From the NCBI GenBank assembly GCA_963780685.1, contig CAWACZ010000010.1, positions 128,072 to 192,071 on the forward strand: 64,000 bases of DNA, read 5' to 3'. The notes under the pieces were generated by a model that was given only the letters and a program-made list of their open reading frames with translations, had not been told where the DNA came from and made no database searches. Origin of the DNA: an uncultured Acidobacteriota bacterium (lineage in GTDB: Bacteria; Acidobacteriota; Vicinamibacteria; Vicinamibacterales; CAVVIG01). Below, piece after piece: positions 19,591 to 28,750 of the stretch; position 1 is the stretch's first letter; each line of letters opens with the position of its first letter. A program made the translations under genes and the position numbers.

Positions 19591-19995
19591 TTGAGAATAA
19601 ACGAGGTCACCGGTCGAGTAATCGAAGCCGCGATGTCGGTCCACTCGGCGGTGGGCCCCGGATTGCTCGAAAAGGCGTATGACGCGTGTTTCAGCTGGGA
19701 GTTGCGAAAACTTGGCTTGCAATTTGAGCACCAACTAAAACTGCCCGTCTTCTATCGTGGACTTCGCATCGACGCGGGATTCCGTATCGACTATCTCGTC
19801 GAGAATCGCGTACTTGTCGAAATCAAGGCTGTAGATAAACTCCATCCCGTTCATTCGGCACAACTCTTGTCGTATTTGAAACTAAGTGGTTTGACAGTAG
19901 GCCTTCTCATAAACTTCAACGTGGTGCATCTTCGCGATGGCATCCGTCGATTAGTGAACAACTACCATCCCGAGGCGGATTCTGAACCTCTGTGA
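19591..19995 (+). CDS. GxxExxY protein (PD-(D/E)XK nuclease superfamily)
   Basis: The sequence reads ...VIEAAMSVHSAVGPGLLEKAYDACFSWELRKLGLQFEHQLKLPVFYRGLRIDAGFRIDYLVENRVLVEIKAV..LHPVHSAQLLSYLKLSGLTVGLLINFN. It contains the G-x-x-E-x-x-Y motif (GLLEKAY) and the D...E.K core. It is visibly more AT-rich than its neighbours. The ORF-track start is 19534; the TTG at 19591 is the likely start. Confidence 0.8.
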   Translation: MRINEVTGRVIEAAMSVHSAVGPGLLEKAYDACFSWELRKLGLQFEHQLKLPVFYRGLRIDAGFRIDYLVENRVLVEIKAVDKLHPVHSAQLLSYLKLSGLTVGLLINFNVVHLRDGIRRLVNNYHPEADSEPL

Positions 19996-20013
19996 CCTCG
20001 GCGTCCTCTGCGG
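19992..20013. repeat. right arm of the inverted repeat flanking the GxxExxY gene
   Basis: It overlaps the gene's stop codon (TGA 19993-19995) and is the reverse complement of 19553-19572. Confidence 0.7.
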
Positions 20014-20020
20014 TGAAGCC

Positions 20021-20992
20021 TTAGGCGTCCCCATCCACGAAATCCACCCCGAGCCGGCCCATGTGCCTGAACTTTTCGTAACGACATCGCAGTCTCGTCG
20101 CACTGTCGACTGCGGACACTTCCCTCAACACGCGCTCGAGCACCTCGTCGACCAGCCGTGCAGCGCCAGCGATGTCGGTGTGCGCACCCCCGACCGGCTC
20201 GGAAACAATCTCGTCGATGACGCCCGCCTTCAGGAGATCCGGCGCCGTGAGCTTCAGCGCCTCCGCGGCCTCGACCTTCTTCGACGCATCCCGCCACAGG
20301 ATGGCGGCGCAGCCCTCGGGCGGGATGACACTGTAAGTCGCAAACTCCTGCATCACGACGCGATCGCCGACGGCGATGCCGAGCGCCCCGCCGCTGCCAC
20401 CCTCGCCACAAACCACGATGACAATCGGCGTATCGAGCACCGTCATCTCCCGCAGGTTGACGGCAATCGCCTCGGACACGCCGCGTTCTTCCGATTCGAT
20501 CCCCGGATAGGCGGCCGGCGTGTCGACGAACACGATGACGGCCCTCTGGAACTTCTCGGCCATTTGCATCGCCCGGAGAGCCTTCCGATAGCCCTCAGGT
20601 CGCGCGTACCCGAAATTTCGAAAGATTTTTTCCTTGGTGTCCCGACCCTTGACGTGGCCGACCAGCAGGATCGGCTGACCCTTGTAGTCAGCAAAGCCGG
20701 TCATGATGGCTGGGTCGTCGGCGAACCGGCGGTCGCCGTGGATTTCGACGAAGCCCGTGAACAGGAGCGAGATGTAGTCCTCGAGGTTGGGACGCTCCGG
20801 GTGGCGCGCCACGAGCACACGCTGCCACGGCGTCAACGAGGCGTACAGCTGGGCCCGGGTGGTCTCGATCTTCCGCCGCAGGGCCTCGATCTGCCGATTG
20901 CGGGCCTCGGTGGCCGGCATCTGGTCGAGGGTCTCGATTTCCTTCAGCAGCGAAGCGATGGGCTCTTCGAACTCGAGCGTTTCAGGCGACAT
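20021..20992 (-). CDS. accA: acetyl-CoA carboxylase carboxyltransferase subunit alpha
   Basis: It starts MSPETLEFEEPIASLLKEIE... and contains ...HPERPNLEDYI...DRRFADDPAI..G.A...G.P....GH.KG and ...DTPAAYPGIESEERG. ATG 20992 is preferred over the ORF-track start at 21040. Confidence 0.93.
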   Translation of the reverse strand: MSPETLEFEEPIASLLKEIETLDQMPATEARNRQIEALRRKIETTRAQLYASLTPWQRVLVARHPERPNLEDYISLLFTGFVEIHGDRRFADDPAIMTGFADYKGQPILLVGHVKGRDTKEKIFRNFGYARPEGYRKALRAMQMAEKFQRAVIVFVDTPAAYPGIESEERGVSEAIAVNLREMTVLDTPIVIVVCGEGGSGGALGIAVGDRVVMQEFATYSVIPPEGCAAILWRDASKKVEAAEALKLTAPDLLKAGVIDEIVSEPVGGAHTDIAGAARLVDEVLERVLREVSAVDSATRLRCRYEKFRHMGRLGVDFVDGDA

Positions 20993-21064
20993 GCGTCTTA
21001 TCCGCGGCCGTGAGCCCAGCGGGCACGAAAGTGCCGACAATGACTCTGGTCTGCAAGTTCAGCG

Positions 21065-24000
21065 TCATCGGAGCATTACGGAACCCGAGCCCATGATCTT
21101 TTCGACCTCCGCAACAAAGTTGGACGACGGACGAACGCGGATTTGGCTCGAAACGGCGGCGTGAACACGGAGCGGATTCGGGTTAGAGGAGACGTCGATC
21201 TCGAACGAGACCCGGCGATCGCCGCGATGGCGCGAGAACACCTCACCGAGCGCTTCGAACAAGCCGCGTTCCGCCGGCACCTTCACCCGAATGGCCACTT
21301 CGCGGGTCAGCCGTTCGTAGAGGCTGTCAATCGCGACGATCTCAGACGCGAGAATGCGCACCGTTTCATCATCGCGCTCGAGCTTCCCGCGCACGAGCAC
21401 CAACGTCCCTGTCTCGATGAGAGAGCCGCTCCGTTGATACGCTTCCGGGAACGCGATGATCTCGACGCTGCCCTGCGAATCTTCGAGGGTGAACACCGCC
21501 ATGCGATCGCCCTTGCGGGTCTTCAGCTGCCGGCAAGTGGAGACGATTCCGCCGATGCTCGTGTCGGGCTCGATCGGCTTGGGCCCTCCGGGTCCCCACT
21601 GGTCTCCACGAGAGCCGTTGGCCGGCGCCTCAGCCAGTTCGCCAACCGACCGTGCACCGAGTGCCTTGAGCTCGGCACTGTAGCGATCGACCGGATGCCC
21701 GCTCCAATAGAGTCCGAGCGTTTCCTTCTCGAACGCCAACTGCTCGGTCTCGCTCCATGGTGTGGCGTTGGGTAACGGCACCGAGCGCGCACGTCCCGTC
21801 GACTGGTCGTGGTCGCCGGGCTCGGGCTCATACGCACCGAAGAGCTGCGCTTGTCCTTCGAGTTCATCCCTCTGATGTCGCGCACCGTGCTCACAAGCCG
21901 CGTCTATCGCCGCGAACAGGCGCGGGCGAATCACACACGATGGGACCCCGGCCAGCTCCGCATGACCAACAACGGTGGAATCGAACGCGCCCGCTTTGAC
22001 TAGGCTTTCAAACACACGCTTGTTCGCCAATCTGAGGTCGAGGTCTTCACAGAGCGCGTGCAGGGACGTGACGCGCCCTTGCTTCTTCCGCACGTCGAGC
22101 AGCGATTGAATCGCGCCGTCTCCGACGTTCTTGATGGCGGTCAGACCGAAGCGCACGCCGGTGGCGGTGACGGTGAACGCCAGACTGCTCTCGTTGATGT
22201 CGGGCGGGAGCAACGGAATGCCGCGTTCGCGGCATTCGCCGAGATAGAGTGCGAGCTTGTCTGTATTCTGCGCCTCAATCGTCAGCAGTGCCGCAGCGAA
22301 GTGCCACGGATAGTTCGCTTTCAGGTAGGCAGTCTGGTAGGCGAGAAACGCGTAGGCCGTCGAATGCGCCTTTGGAAAACCGTACCCGGCGAAGTGTTCC
22401 ATCAGGTCGAACGTCTGGCCGGCTTTCTTCTCGTTGATGCCGCGCTGCTTCGCGCCCGCCACGAACCTGGCGCGCTGCGCCTGCATGACATCCGCCTTCT
22501 TCTTGCCCATGGCCTTGCGCAGGATGTCGGCTTCACCGAGCGTGAAGCCACCGAGCTCGCGCGCAATCCGCATCACCTGCTCCTGATACGCGATCACGCC
22601 GTAGGTCTCGCGCAGGATGGGCTCGAGCTGTGGCAGCTCGTACTTCACTTCCGTCTTGCCCTGCTTCCGAGCGATGTAGTCGTCCACCATCCCGCTGCGA
22701 AGCGGTCCAGGACGGTAGAGCGCGTTGAGCGCGATGAGGTCCTCCAGCGTTTGCGGCTTGGCCTTTCGGAGGATGTCCCGCATGCCGCTGCTCTCGAACT
22801 GGAAAATCCCGTAGGTCTGCCCTTCTTGAAAAATCTGATAGGTCTTCGCGTCGTCGAACGGGACGAGCCGGATATCGAGCTTTTCGCCCGTCGTCCGCTC
22901 GATCTCGGCGACCGCGTCGGTAATCAGCGTGAGCGTGCTGAGGCCCAGAAAGTCCATCTTGAGCAGTCCAACCCGCTCGATCTCTTTCATCGACCACTGG
23001 GTCACGATTTCGTCGTGCGCGCCTTTGTACAACGGGGCGTACTCTGTAATGGCATTCGGCGCGATGACCACGCCCGCCGCATGCACCGACGCATGCCGGG
23101 TCATGCCTTCGAGCCGCCTGGCAACGCCGAGAAGTTCCTTGACCTTCGGATCGGCCTGCTCCATGGCACGCAGCGGCTCGCTCTCCTCGAGCGCCTTCTC
23201 GAGCGTCATGTCGAGTGCCGCCGGAATCTGCTTGGCGACCTTGTCGACATCGGCGTAGGGCATCTCCAGGACCCGGCCGACATCCCGCACGACAGCCTTC
23301 GCCTTCATCGTGCCAAACGTGATGATCTGAGCCACGTTCTCCCGACCGTACTTCCGCGTGACGTAGTCGATGACGTCCCCACGCCGGCGCTCGCAAAAAT
23401 CGACGTCGATATCCGGCATCGACACCCGTTCCGGGTTCAGAAACCGCTCGAAAATCAGGTCGAATTCCAGGGGATCGACATCGGTGATTCGCAGGCTGTA
23501 TGCGACGAGACTGCCGGCGGCGGACCCGCGGCCCGGTCCGACCGGAATGCCGTGTTCGCGCGCGTAGCGAATGAAGTCCCAGACGATCAAGAAATACCCC
23601 GGGTATTTCATCTGTTTGATCATGTCGATCTCGTACGAGAGCCTGCGCTCGTACTCATCGACGGTATAGCGGAGCCTTCCCGACGCCGCCAGCTGCATCA
23701 ACCGAGGCAGCCGCTCCTTGAACCCTTCGCGGACGATGTGATCGAAGTACTGATCGAGAGTGAAGCCGGCTGGCACATCGAAGTTCGGCAGGTAGTTCTC
23801 GCCTTCGCCCAGCACGACGTCGCACCGCTCGGCGACTCGCACGGTGTTCGCCAGCGCTTCGGGATACCCTGTGAAGCTCGCCGCCATCTCTTCCGCCGTC
23901 TTGAGGAAGAACTGGCGCGCCTCGTAGCGCAGCCGCTTGGGATCCGTCAATGCCTTGCCGGTACCGATGCATAGCAGCACGTCGTGGGGATGGGCGTCGC

Positions 24001-24637
24001 TTTCGCGCAGGTAGTGCACGTCATTCGTACAGATGAGCGGCAGGCCGAGATCCCGGGCGATGCCCGGCAACCCGCTGTTGACCGCACGCTGGTCCTCGAT
24101 GCCGTGCCATTGCATCTCGAGAAAGAAGTTCCCGGGGCCGAGAATGTCCCGATACGCGGCAGCGGACTCGACGGCCTTTCGGTATTGCTGATGGGCCAAC
24201 CCCTCGGCCACTTCTCCCTTCAGGCAGCTGCTCAGGCCGATCAAGCCCTTCGCATGCTGCGCGAGCAGCTCCTTGTCGATGCGCGGCTTGTAGTAGAAGC
24301 CCTCGGTGTAGCCCGCCGAGACCAGCTTGATGAGATTGTGATACCCCTCGTTGCTCTCGGCGAGCAGCACCAGGTGGCTCGCCGTCTCGCCGGGGCTGCC
24401 GCTCTTGGCAAGTCGACTTCCTGGCGCCACGTACACTTCGCAGCCCAGGATCGGCTTGATGCCTCGTTGCCGCGCGTGGTCGTGAAAGATCACCGAAGAA
24501 AAGAGATTACCGTGCTCGGTCACGGCAATCGCCGGCATCTTCAACGCTGCGGCTTGATCGAGCAGTTCGTCGATGCGACATGCGCCGTCGAGGAGCGAGT
24601 ATTCGGTATGGAGATGCAGGTGAACGAATTCGGTCAT
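21065..24637 (-). CDS. dnaE: DNA polymerase III subunit alpha
   Basis: PHP domain (FVHLHLHTEYSLLDG), polymerase core (..PDIDVDF...R..VI.YV..KYG) and an OB-fold C-terminus. ATG 24637 (MTEFVHLHLH) is preferred; the ORF-track TTG start is 24658. Confidence 0.96.
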   Translation of the reverse strand: MTEFVHLHLHTEYSLLDGACRIDELLDQAAALKMPAIAVTEHGNLFSSVIFHDHARQRGIKPILGCEVYVAPGSRLAKSGSPGETASHLVLLAESNEGYHNLIKLVSAGYTEGFYYKPRIDKELLAQHAKGLIGLSSCLKGEVAEGLAHQQYRKAVESAAAYRDILGPGNFFLEMQWHGIEDQRAVNSGLPGIARDLGLPLICTNDVHYLRESDAHPHDVLLCIGTGKALTDPKRLRYEARQFFLKTAEEMAASFTGYPEALANTVRVAERCDVVLGEGENYLPNFDVPAGFTLDQYFDHIVREGFKERLPRLMQLAASGRLRYTVDEYERRLSYEIDMIKQMKYPGYFLIVWDFIRYAREHGIPVGPGRGSAAGSLVAYSLRITDVDPLEFDLIFERFLNPERVSMPDIDVDFCERRRGDVIDYVTRKYGRENVAQIITFGTMKAKAVVRDVGRVLEMPYADVDKVAKQIPAALDMTLEKALEESEPLRAMEQADPKVKELLGVARRLEGMTRHASVHAAGVVIAPNAITEYAPLYKGAHDEIVTQWSMKEIERVGLLKMDFLGLSTLTLITDAVAEIERTTGEKLDIRLVPFDDAKTYQIFQEGQTYGIFQFESSGMRDILRKAKPQTLEDLIALNALYRPGPLRSGMVDDYIARKQGKTEVKYELPQLEPILRETYGVIAYQEQVMRIARELGGFTLGEADILRKAMGKKKADVMQAQRARFVAGAKQRGINEKKAGQTFDLMEHFAGYGFPKAHSTAYAFLAYQTAYLKANYPWHFAAALLTIEAQNTDKLALYLGECRERGIPLLPPDINESSLAFTVTATGVRFGLTAIKNVGDGAIQSLLDVRKKQGRVTSLHALCEDLDLRLANKRVFESLVKAGAFDSTVVGHAELAGVPSCVIRPRLFAAIDAACEHGARHQRDELEGQAQLFGAYEPEPGDHDQSTGRARSVPLPNATPWSETEQLAFEKETLGLYWSGHPVDRYSAELKALGARSVGELAEAPANGSRGDQWGPGGPKPIEPDTSIGGIVSTCRQLKTRKGDRMAVFTLEDSQGSVEIIAFPEAYQRSGSLIETGTLVLVRGKLERDDETVRILASEIVAIDSLYERLTREVAIRVKVPAERGLFEALGEVFSRHRGDRRVSFEIDVSSNPNPLRVHAAVSSQIRVRPSSNFVAEVEKIMGSGSVMLR

Positions 24638-24672
24638 GCTGTTACTTGAATGTGACAATCTGAAAATCTAAG

Positions 24673-24850
24673 AATTTGAGGATTTGAGGATTTGAGGATT
24701 TCCGAAAGAGTCTGTTGTCCTGCTCAATCCTCTGACAACCTTTGAGACCCTCCTATCCAGATCCCCAGATCCCCAAATCCTCAAATCCTCAAATCCTCCT
24801 CAAATCCATAAATCCTTACAAATCCTTAAATCCTTAAATCCTCAAATCGA
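24673..24850. repeat. AT-rich octamer-repeat palindrome (GAGGATTT x3 ... AAATCCTC-like x ~10)
   Basis: gaggatttgaggatttgaggattt (24678-24701) is the exact reverse complement of aaatcctcaaatcctcaaatcctc (24775-24798), and the spacer is 73 nt. The right arm continues as degenerate 8-mers (agatcccc x2 at 24759-24774, then aaatccat, aaatcctt, aaatcctt, aaatcctt, aaatcctc, aaatcgag, out to ~24850). Confidence 0.9.
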
Positions 24851-24859
24851 GCAACCCCC

Positions 24860-26404
24860 TCACTCCCACTCGATCGTGGACGGTGGCTTCGAGCTGACAT
24901 CGTAGACCACCCGGTTGATTCCTTTCACTTCGTTCACAATCCGACTCGAAACGCGGGCGAGCAGGTCGTACGGAAGACGCGCCCAGTCGGCCGTCATGCC
25001 GTCGCGGCTTTCAACGGCTCGTATCGCGACGGTATGTTCGTAGGTGCGAGCGTCGCCCATCACGCCGACGCTTTGAATCGGCAGCAGCACCGCGAAGCTC
25101 TGCCACAGTCTCGCGTACCATCCCTCGCGTCTCACTTCTTCCGCCACGATCGCGTCGGCACGCCGCAGCAAGTCCAACCTCTCCGGCGTGACGTCCCCGA
25201 GTATCCGCACCGCAAGACCCGGGCCGGGAAAGGGCTGCCGGACCACGAATTCCTCGTCCAGGCCGAGCTGCCGACCCACCGCCCGCACTTCGTCTTTGAA
25301 GAGCTCGCGCAAAGGCTCGACCAGCTTCATGCGCATCCGCGCCGGCAAACCACCCACGTTGTGATGGCTCTTGATCACCGCCGACTGGCCGACGATCGAC
25401 ACCGACTCGATGACGTCCGGATAGAGTGTTCCTTGCGCGAGAAAGTCGACCTGTCCGAGCTTGGCCGCTTCTGCTTCGAAGACGTCGATGAATGTCGCGC
25501 CAATGATCTTCCGCTTCTCTTCCGGATCGGTCACACCCTGCAAGCGATCCAGAAACAGCTGAGACCCGTCGACAGCGATCAACGGCAACTGGAGGCGCTC
25601 GAATCGCTTCCGAATCTGGGCCGCTTCATCGAGCCGCAGGACGCCGTTGTCGACGAAGATGCACGTGAGTTGCGGACCGATGGCGCGGTGGAGCAAGAGC
25701 GCCGCGACTGTCGAATCCACGCCACCGCTGAGAGCACACACCACGTGGCTGCTGCCGACTTGGGCGCGAATCTTGGCCACGGTTTCGTCCACGAACGACG
25801 CCATCGACCAGTCGCCGGTGCAGCCACAAATGCCATACGCGAAGTTTCGCAAGATGTGGAGGCCATGCTCGGTGTGCACCACTTCTGGATGAAAGAGCAG
25901 CGCATACAGGCGACGGTTCTGATCGGCCATGGCGGCGATAGGCGCGTTGGCGCTCGTCGCGGCGACTGAGAAGCCTTCCGGCGGCGCGCTGACGAAATCG
26001 CCATGACTCGCCCAGACGCGCAGCTCATGAGGCACTTCGGCGAACAGCGGCTTCCCTGGACCGTTGTTCGCGACGGTCACCGTCGCATGTCCATATTCGC
26101 GCTGTGGCGCCGGAGCAACTCGTCCGCCGAGCGAATGCGCCATCAGCTGCATGCCGTAACAGATGCCCAACACCGGCAGGCCACTGTCGAACACCGCCGC
26201 ATCGCAGGTGGGCGCCCCACTGTCCGACACGCTCTTCGGCCCACCAGACAGGATGACGCCGGCCGGCCGTCGAGCCCGGATCGCGTCGGCCGGCGTATCC
26301 GGTGGCCAGATCTCGGAAAAAATCGACAGCTCTCGCAGGCGCCGCGCGATCAGTTGGGTGTACCGAGAGCCGAAATCGAGAACGATGATGGTTTCGTGGG
26401 CCAC
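24860..26404 (-). CDS. guaA: GMP synthase (glutamine-hydrolysing)
   Basis: 514 aa with a GATase-1 N-domain ([29 protein letters not shown]), an ATP-PPase SGGVDS motif and the C-terminal ...KPPSTIEWE. Confidence 0.96.
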   Translation of the reverse strand: MAHETIIVLDFGSRYTQLIARRLRELSIFSEIWPPDTPADAIRARRPAGVILSGGPKSVSDSGAPTCDAAVFDSGLPVLGICYGMQLMAHSLGGRVAPAPQREYGHATVTVANNGPGKPLFAEVPHELRVWASHGDFVSAPPEGFSVAATSANAPIAAMADQNRRLYALLFHPEVVHTEHGLHILRNFAYGICGCTGDWSMASFVDETVAKIRAQVGSSHVVCALSGGVDSTVAALLLHRAIGPQLTCIFVDNGVLRLDEAAQIRKRFERLQLPLIAVDGSQLFLDRLQGVTDPEEKRKIIGATFIDVFEAEAAKLGQVDFLAQGTLYPDVIESVSIVGQSAVIKSHHNVGGLPARMRMKLVEPLRELFKDEVRAVGRQLGLDEEFVVRQPFPGPGLAVRILGDVTPERLDLLRRADAIVAEEVRREGWYARLWQSFAVLLPIQSVGVMGDARTYEHTVAIRAVESRDGMTADWARLPYDLLARVSSRIVNEVKGINRVVYDVSSKPPSTIEWE

Positions 26405-26435
26405 TGCGCGGGAGAATTATCGCTATTATAGCGGG

Positions 26436-27639
26436 GTGTGCTCGTACTGGACCACAAGATGTTGTAGTGCACTTGCCCTCATGATTGCGTGCGCCGAGCC
26501 CAATGCCCTCGGGCGGACGCAGCTGTCACCCACGACTTCGGCCCCTCGATCGACAAAACCCAGCCCACCGTTTTCGCCGTTTCCGTCTCAGACCCGTTGG
26601 ACGATCACGCTCGACGCGGAGATTGCCGGGCCCCCCGCTTTCGATGGCTCGACCGCCTACCTTTCCCTTGAAGGCGACCGCCTCGGCGCTTACGACTTGA
26701 CAACGGGAAAGCTTCGCTGGGACGCGTCCGCTCGACCGCAAACGACACCGGTCACAGGCGATGGACTGCTCTTCATCGAGCAAGCCGATCGACTCGTCGC
26801 CCTGCGCAGCGACAACGGCTCGGTCGCATGGGAGGCCCCCGTGTCCGAACAGCGGGCCGCTCCGCTCGTGTGGGACAACGGCTGGCTCGTCGCCACAACG
26901 CAGAAAGCGCTCCACGTATTCCGCGCAGTCGACGGAACGCCGCTCTGGTCTCGAGACCTCCCATCGCCGGCACACTCGACGCCGGCGCTCGCCGGCGAAG
27001 CTGTGTACCTGTCTCTCGAGGACGGCCGTGTGATGGCATTTCATGTGACCGATGGGGCCGTGCTTTGGGAGCGACGTCTCGGCGGGGCAGCCAACGGTAT
27101 CCGCGCCCTCGAGGACCGTCTCTTGGTGGGCGCCAACGACAACTACCTGTACTGCTTGAACAGCGAAACCGGCCAGGTCGTGTGGCGCTCGCGTACTGGC
27201 GCCGATGTCGTGAGCCTCGCGATCGTCGCCGATCGGCGCGTGGTACTTTGTGTCGCTCGACAATGTTCTTCGAGCGCTGAATTTGAGCAACGGCGTCCAG
27301 TTGTGGAAGCGAGCCCTGCCCTTCCGCCCTCAATGGGGGCCGATCAAGGCCGCGGATACCCTGCTGGTCACTGGGCTTGCCGGACCGGCGCGGGCGTTCT
27401 TCATGAAGGACGGTCTGCCAGCAGGCGATCTCAGTGTCGGCAACAATGTCGAGCTGGTGGCTCGACCGCATGCCTTCGACTTCCCTCTCGCATTTGGTCC
27501 AATCATCGTCACCGTGACGAGGGGCCTCACCTCAAACGCGACCGTGACCGCATCGAGCCGGGCCGTCGAACCGCCACTGATCAGTGCATTGGCGCCGTTG
27601 CCGGGGGTGGTGCCGGTAAGAGTCCCCACTCAGCGATAA
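26436..27639 (+). pseudogene. PQQ-like beta-propeller lipoprotein (BamB-like), frame broken by a 1-nt insertion near 27243
   Basis: It has a lipobox (ALALMIAC) and repeated ..G..LW blades (GKLRWDA, GSVAWEA, GTPLWSR, GAVLWER, GQVVWRS). ORF 26163..27779 turns to junk after ..IVADRRV. ORF 27250..27639 continues the propeller (SLDNVLRALNLSNGVQLWKR..). Removing one G from gtGGtac gives ADRRVYFVSLDNVLRAL. Confidence 0.75.
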
Positions 27640-27668
27640 CTCGCGCTCATCTGGCTCGGACGTCGCGA

Positions 27669-28682
27669 TCAGGCTGGGCTCTTCAGCAAGCGGGATGTCG
27701 CGCGGGTGGGATCCACGAGGCGGCCCGCCCGGGCCATATGGCGCTGGTAGAGCGCCGCGTACGAGGCGAGGGCGGTTAGACCGATGTACTCGAACAACAG
27801 CCCCCTGAGCAGGAGGGCCGCGATCTGCAGGGGAAAAACGGCGAGTCCAACGAGCGGCACGAACGCAATCAGGCCCACGCCCGACCAGGCAAGCGCCGAG
27901 GCCAGGGTGGCGCCAACGAGCAATGCGAGGATCACGCCGAAGACTCCCATCAGGTCGCGAAACTCCGAGCGCACAAACAGCGCTACGGCACGGCACGCGC
28001 CGACGAGGCCGACGTCCTCGAGAGCCATGGCGATTTGGAGCAGCAGGTAAAGCCAGTTGACGAGGGTGATCCAGCCGACGAGAGCGGTGCCGGCCAACGC
28101 AGCAACGAAGGTCCAGCCAATGATCAGGAAACGGTCTCCCGCCGCCTGATATCCGTAGACGACAAACGCCACATACGCCACGCCCGAGACGGCGTAAACG
28201 ACCATTAGAGCCGCGCCCAGCGCCAAGTAGCGACGGAACATCCGGCGGCAGCCGTCCATGAACGATTGCAGCGTAAAACGGGACGTAGCTCGTATTGTGG
28301 TTTCGTAGGTCAGCGGTTCCCGTTCGATCGGTCCCGCCGCGGTTTCAGAGGCGAGCAATACCTGGACCGTACCGCCTTTGACGAGAAACATCAGCGCCGA
28401 CCCACCGAGCAACACAATCCCGAAAGCCGCCATGAAGGTCGCCAGTGCGACCGGCTCCGACATCAGAGCACGGGCAATGCTCGTGAAGATCTCGCGCAAG
28501 CTGCCGCCGAGGATCTCCGCCAGATCGCCTCCCAGCAGCGTCGCTACCAGGACGGCGGCACCGATCATCGGAACGGCGAGCAAGACTTGAAACGTGGTCT
28601 CTGCCACGAACTGGATGGCGATGATTTGCCAGTTGGCCCCGGCGACCAGTGCGCCACGCTTCAGCAGCAGTTTGAGGTTCAT
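27669..28682 (-). CDS. hypothetical polytopic membrane protein
   Basis: The ORF has about 8 hydrophobic segments (for example IIAIQFVAETTFQVLLAVPMIGAAVLVATLL) and I recognise no family. The ATG at 28682 (MNLKLLLKRG) is the likely start. Confidence 0.5.
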   Translation of the reverse strand: MNLKLLLKRGALVAGANWQIIAIQFVAETTFQVLLAVPMIGAAVLVATLLGGDLAEILGGSLREIFTSIARALMSEPVALATFMAAFGIVLLGGSALMFLVKGGTVQVLLASETAAGPIEREPLTYETTIRATSRFTLQSFMDGCRRMFRRYLALGAALMVVYAVSGVAYVAFVVYGYQAAGDRFLIIGWTFVAALAGTALVGWITLVNWLYLLLQIAMALEDVGLVGACRAVALFVRSEFRDLMGVFGVILALLVGATLASALAWSGVGLIAFVPLVGLAVFPLQIAALLLRGLLFEYIGLTALASYAALYQRHMARAGRLVDPTRATSRLLKSPA

Positions 28683-28750
28683 TCCAGCGCGACCTGCACA
28701 TTTTCCGAGCAAACGTCTCTCGGAACATCGGAAAATGTACGCGACCCCTA

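Noticed and set aside
22058-23974. 638-aa + strand ORF antisense to dnaE. The same applies to 36465..38702 antisense to mutS, 48138..49709 antisense to the receptor, 55281..56714 antisense to the GH144-like gene, and 25034..25969 antisense to guaA.
   Set aside because: All have low-complexity Arg-rich translations lying entirely inside strongly conserved genes on the other strand. They are GC-driven stop-codon-free artefacts.
24659-24859. Octamer array as a CRISPR array or as a replication origin
   Set aside because: The repeat unit is only 8 nt, with no unique spacers and no cas genes, so it is not CRISPR. I saw no DnaA-box-like TTATCCACA motifs and no dnaA or dnaN context, so I do not call it oriC.
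26163-26435. 5' part of the 538-aa ORF (26163..27779) overlapping the guaA N-terminus
   Set aside because: It is antisense to the conserved GATase domain of guaA. The lipoprotein signal of the propeller protein begins only around 26436-26490.
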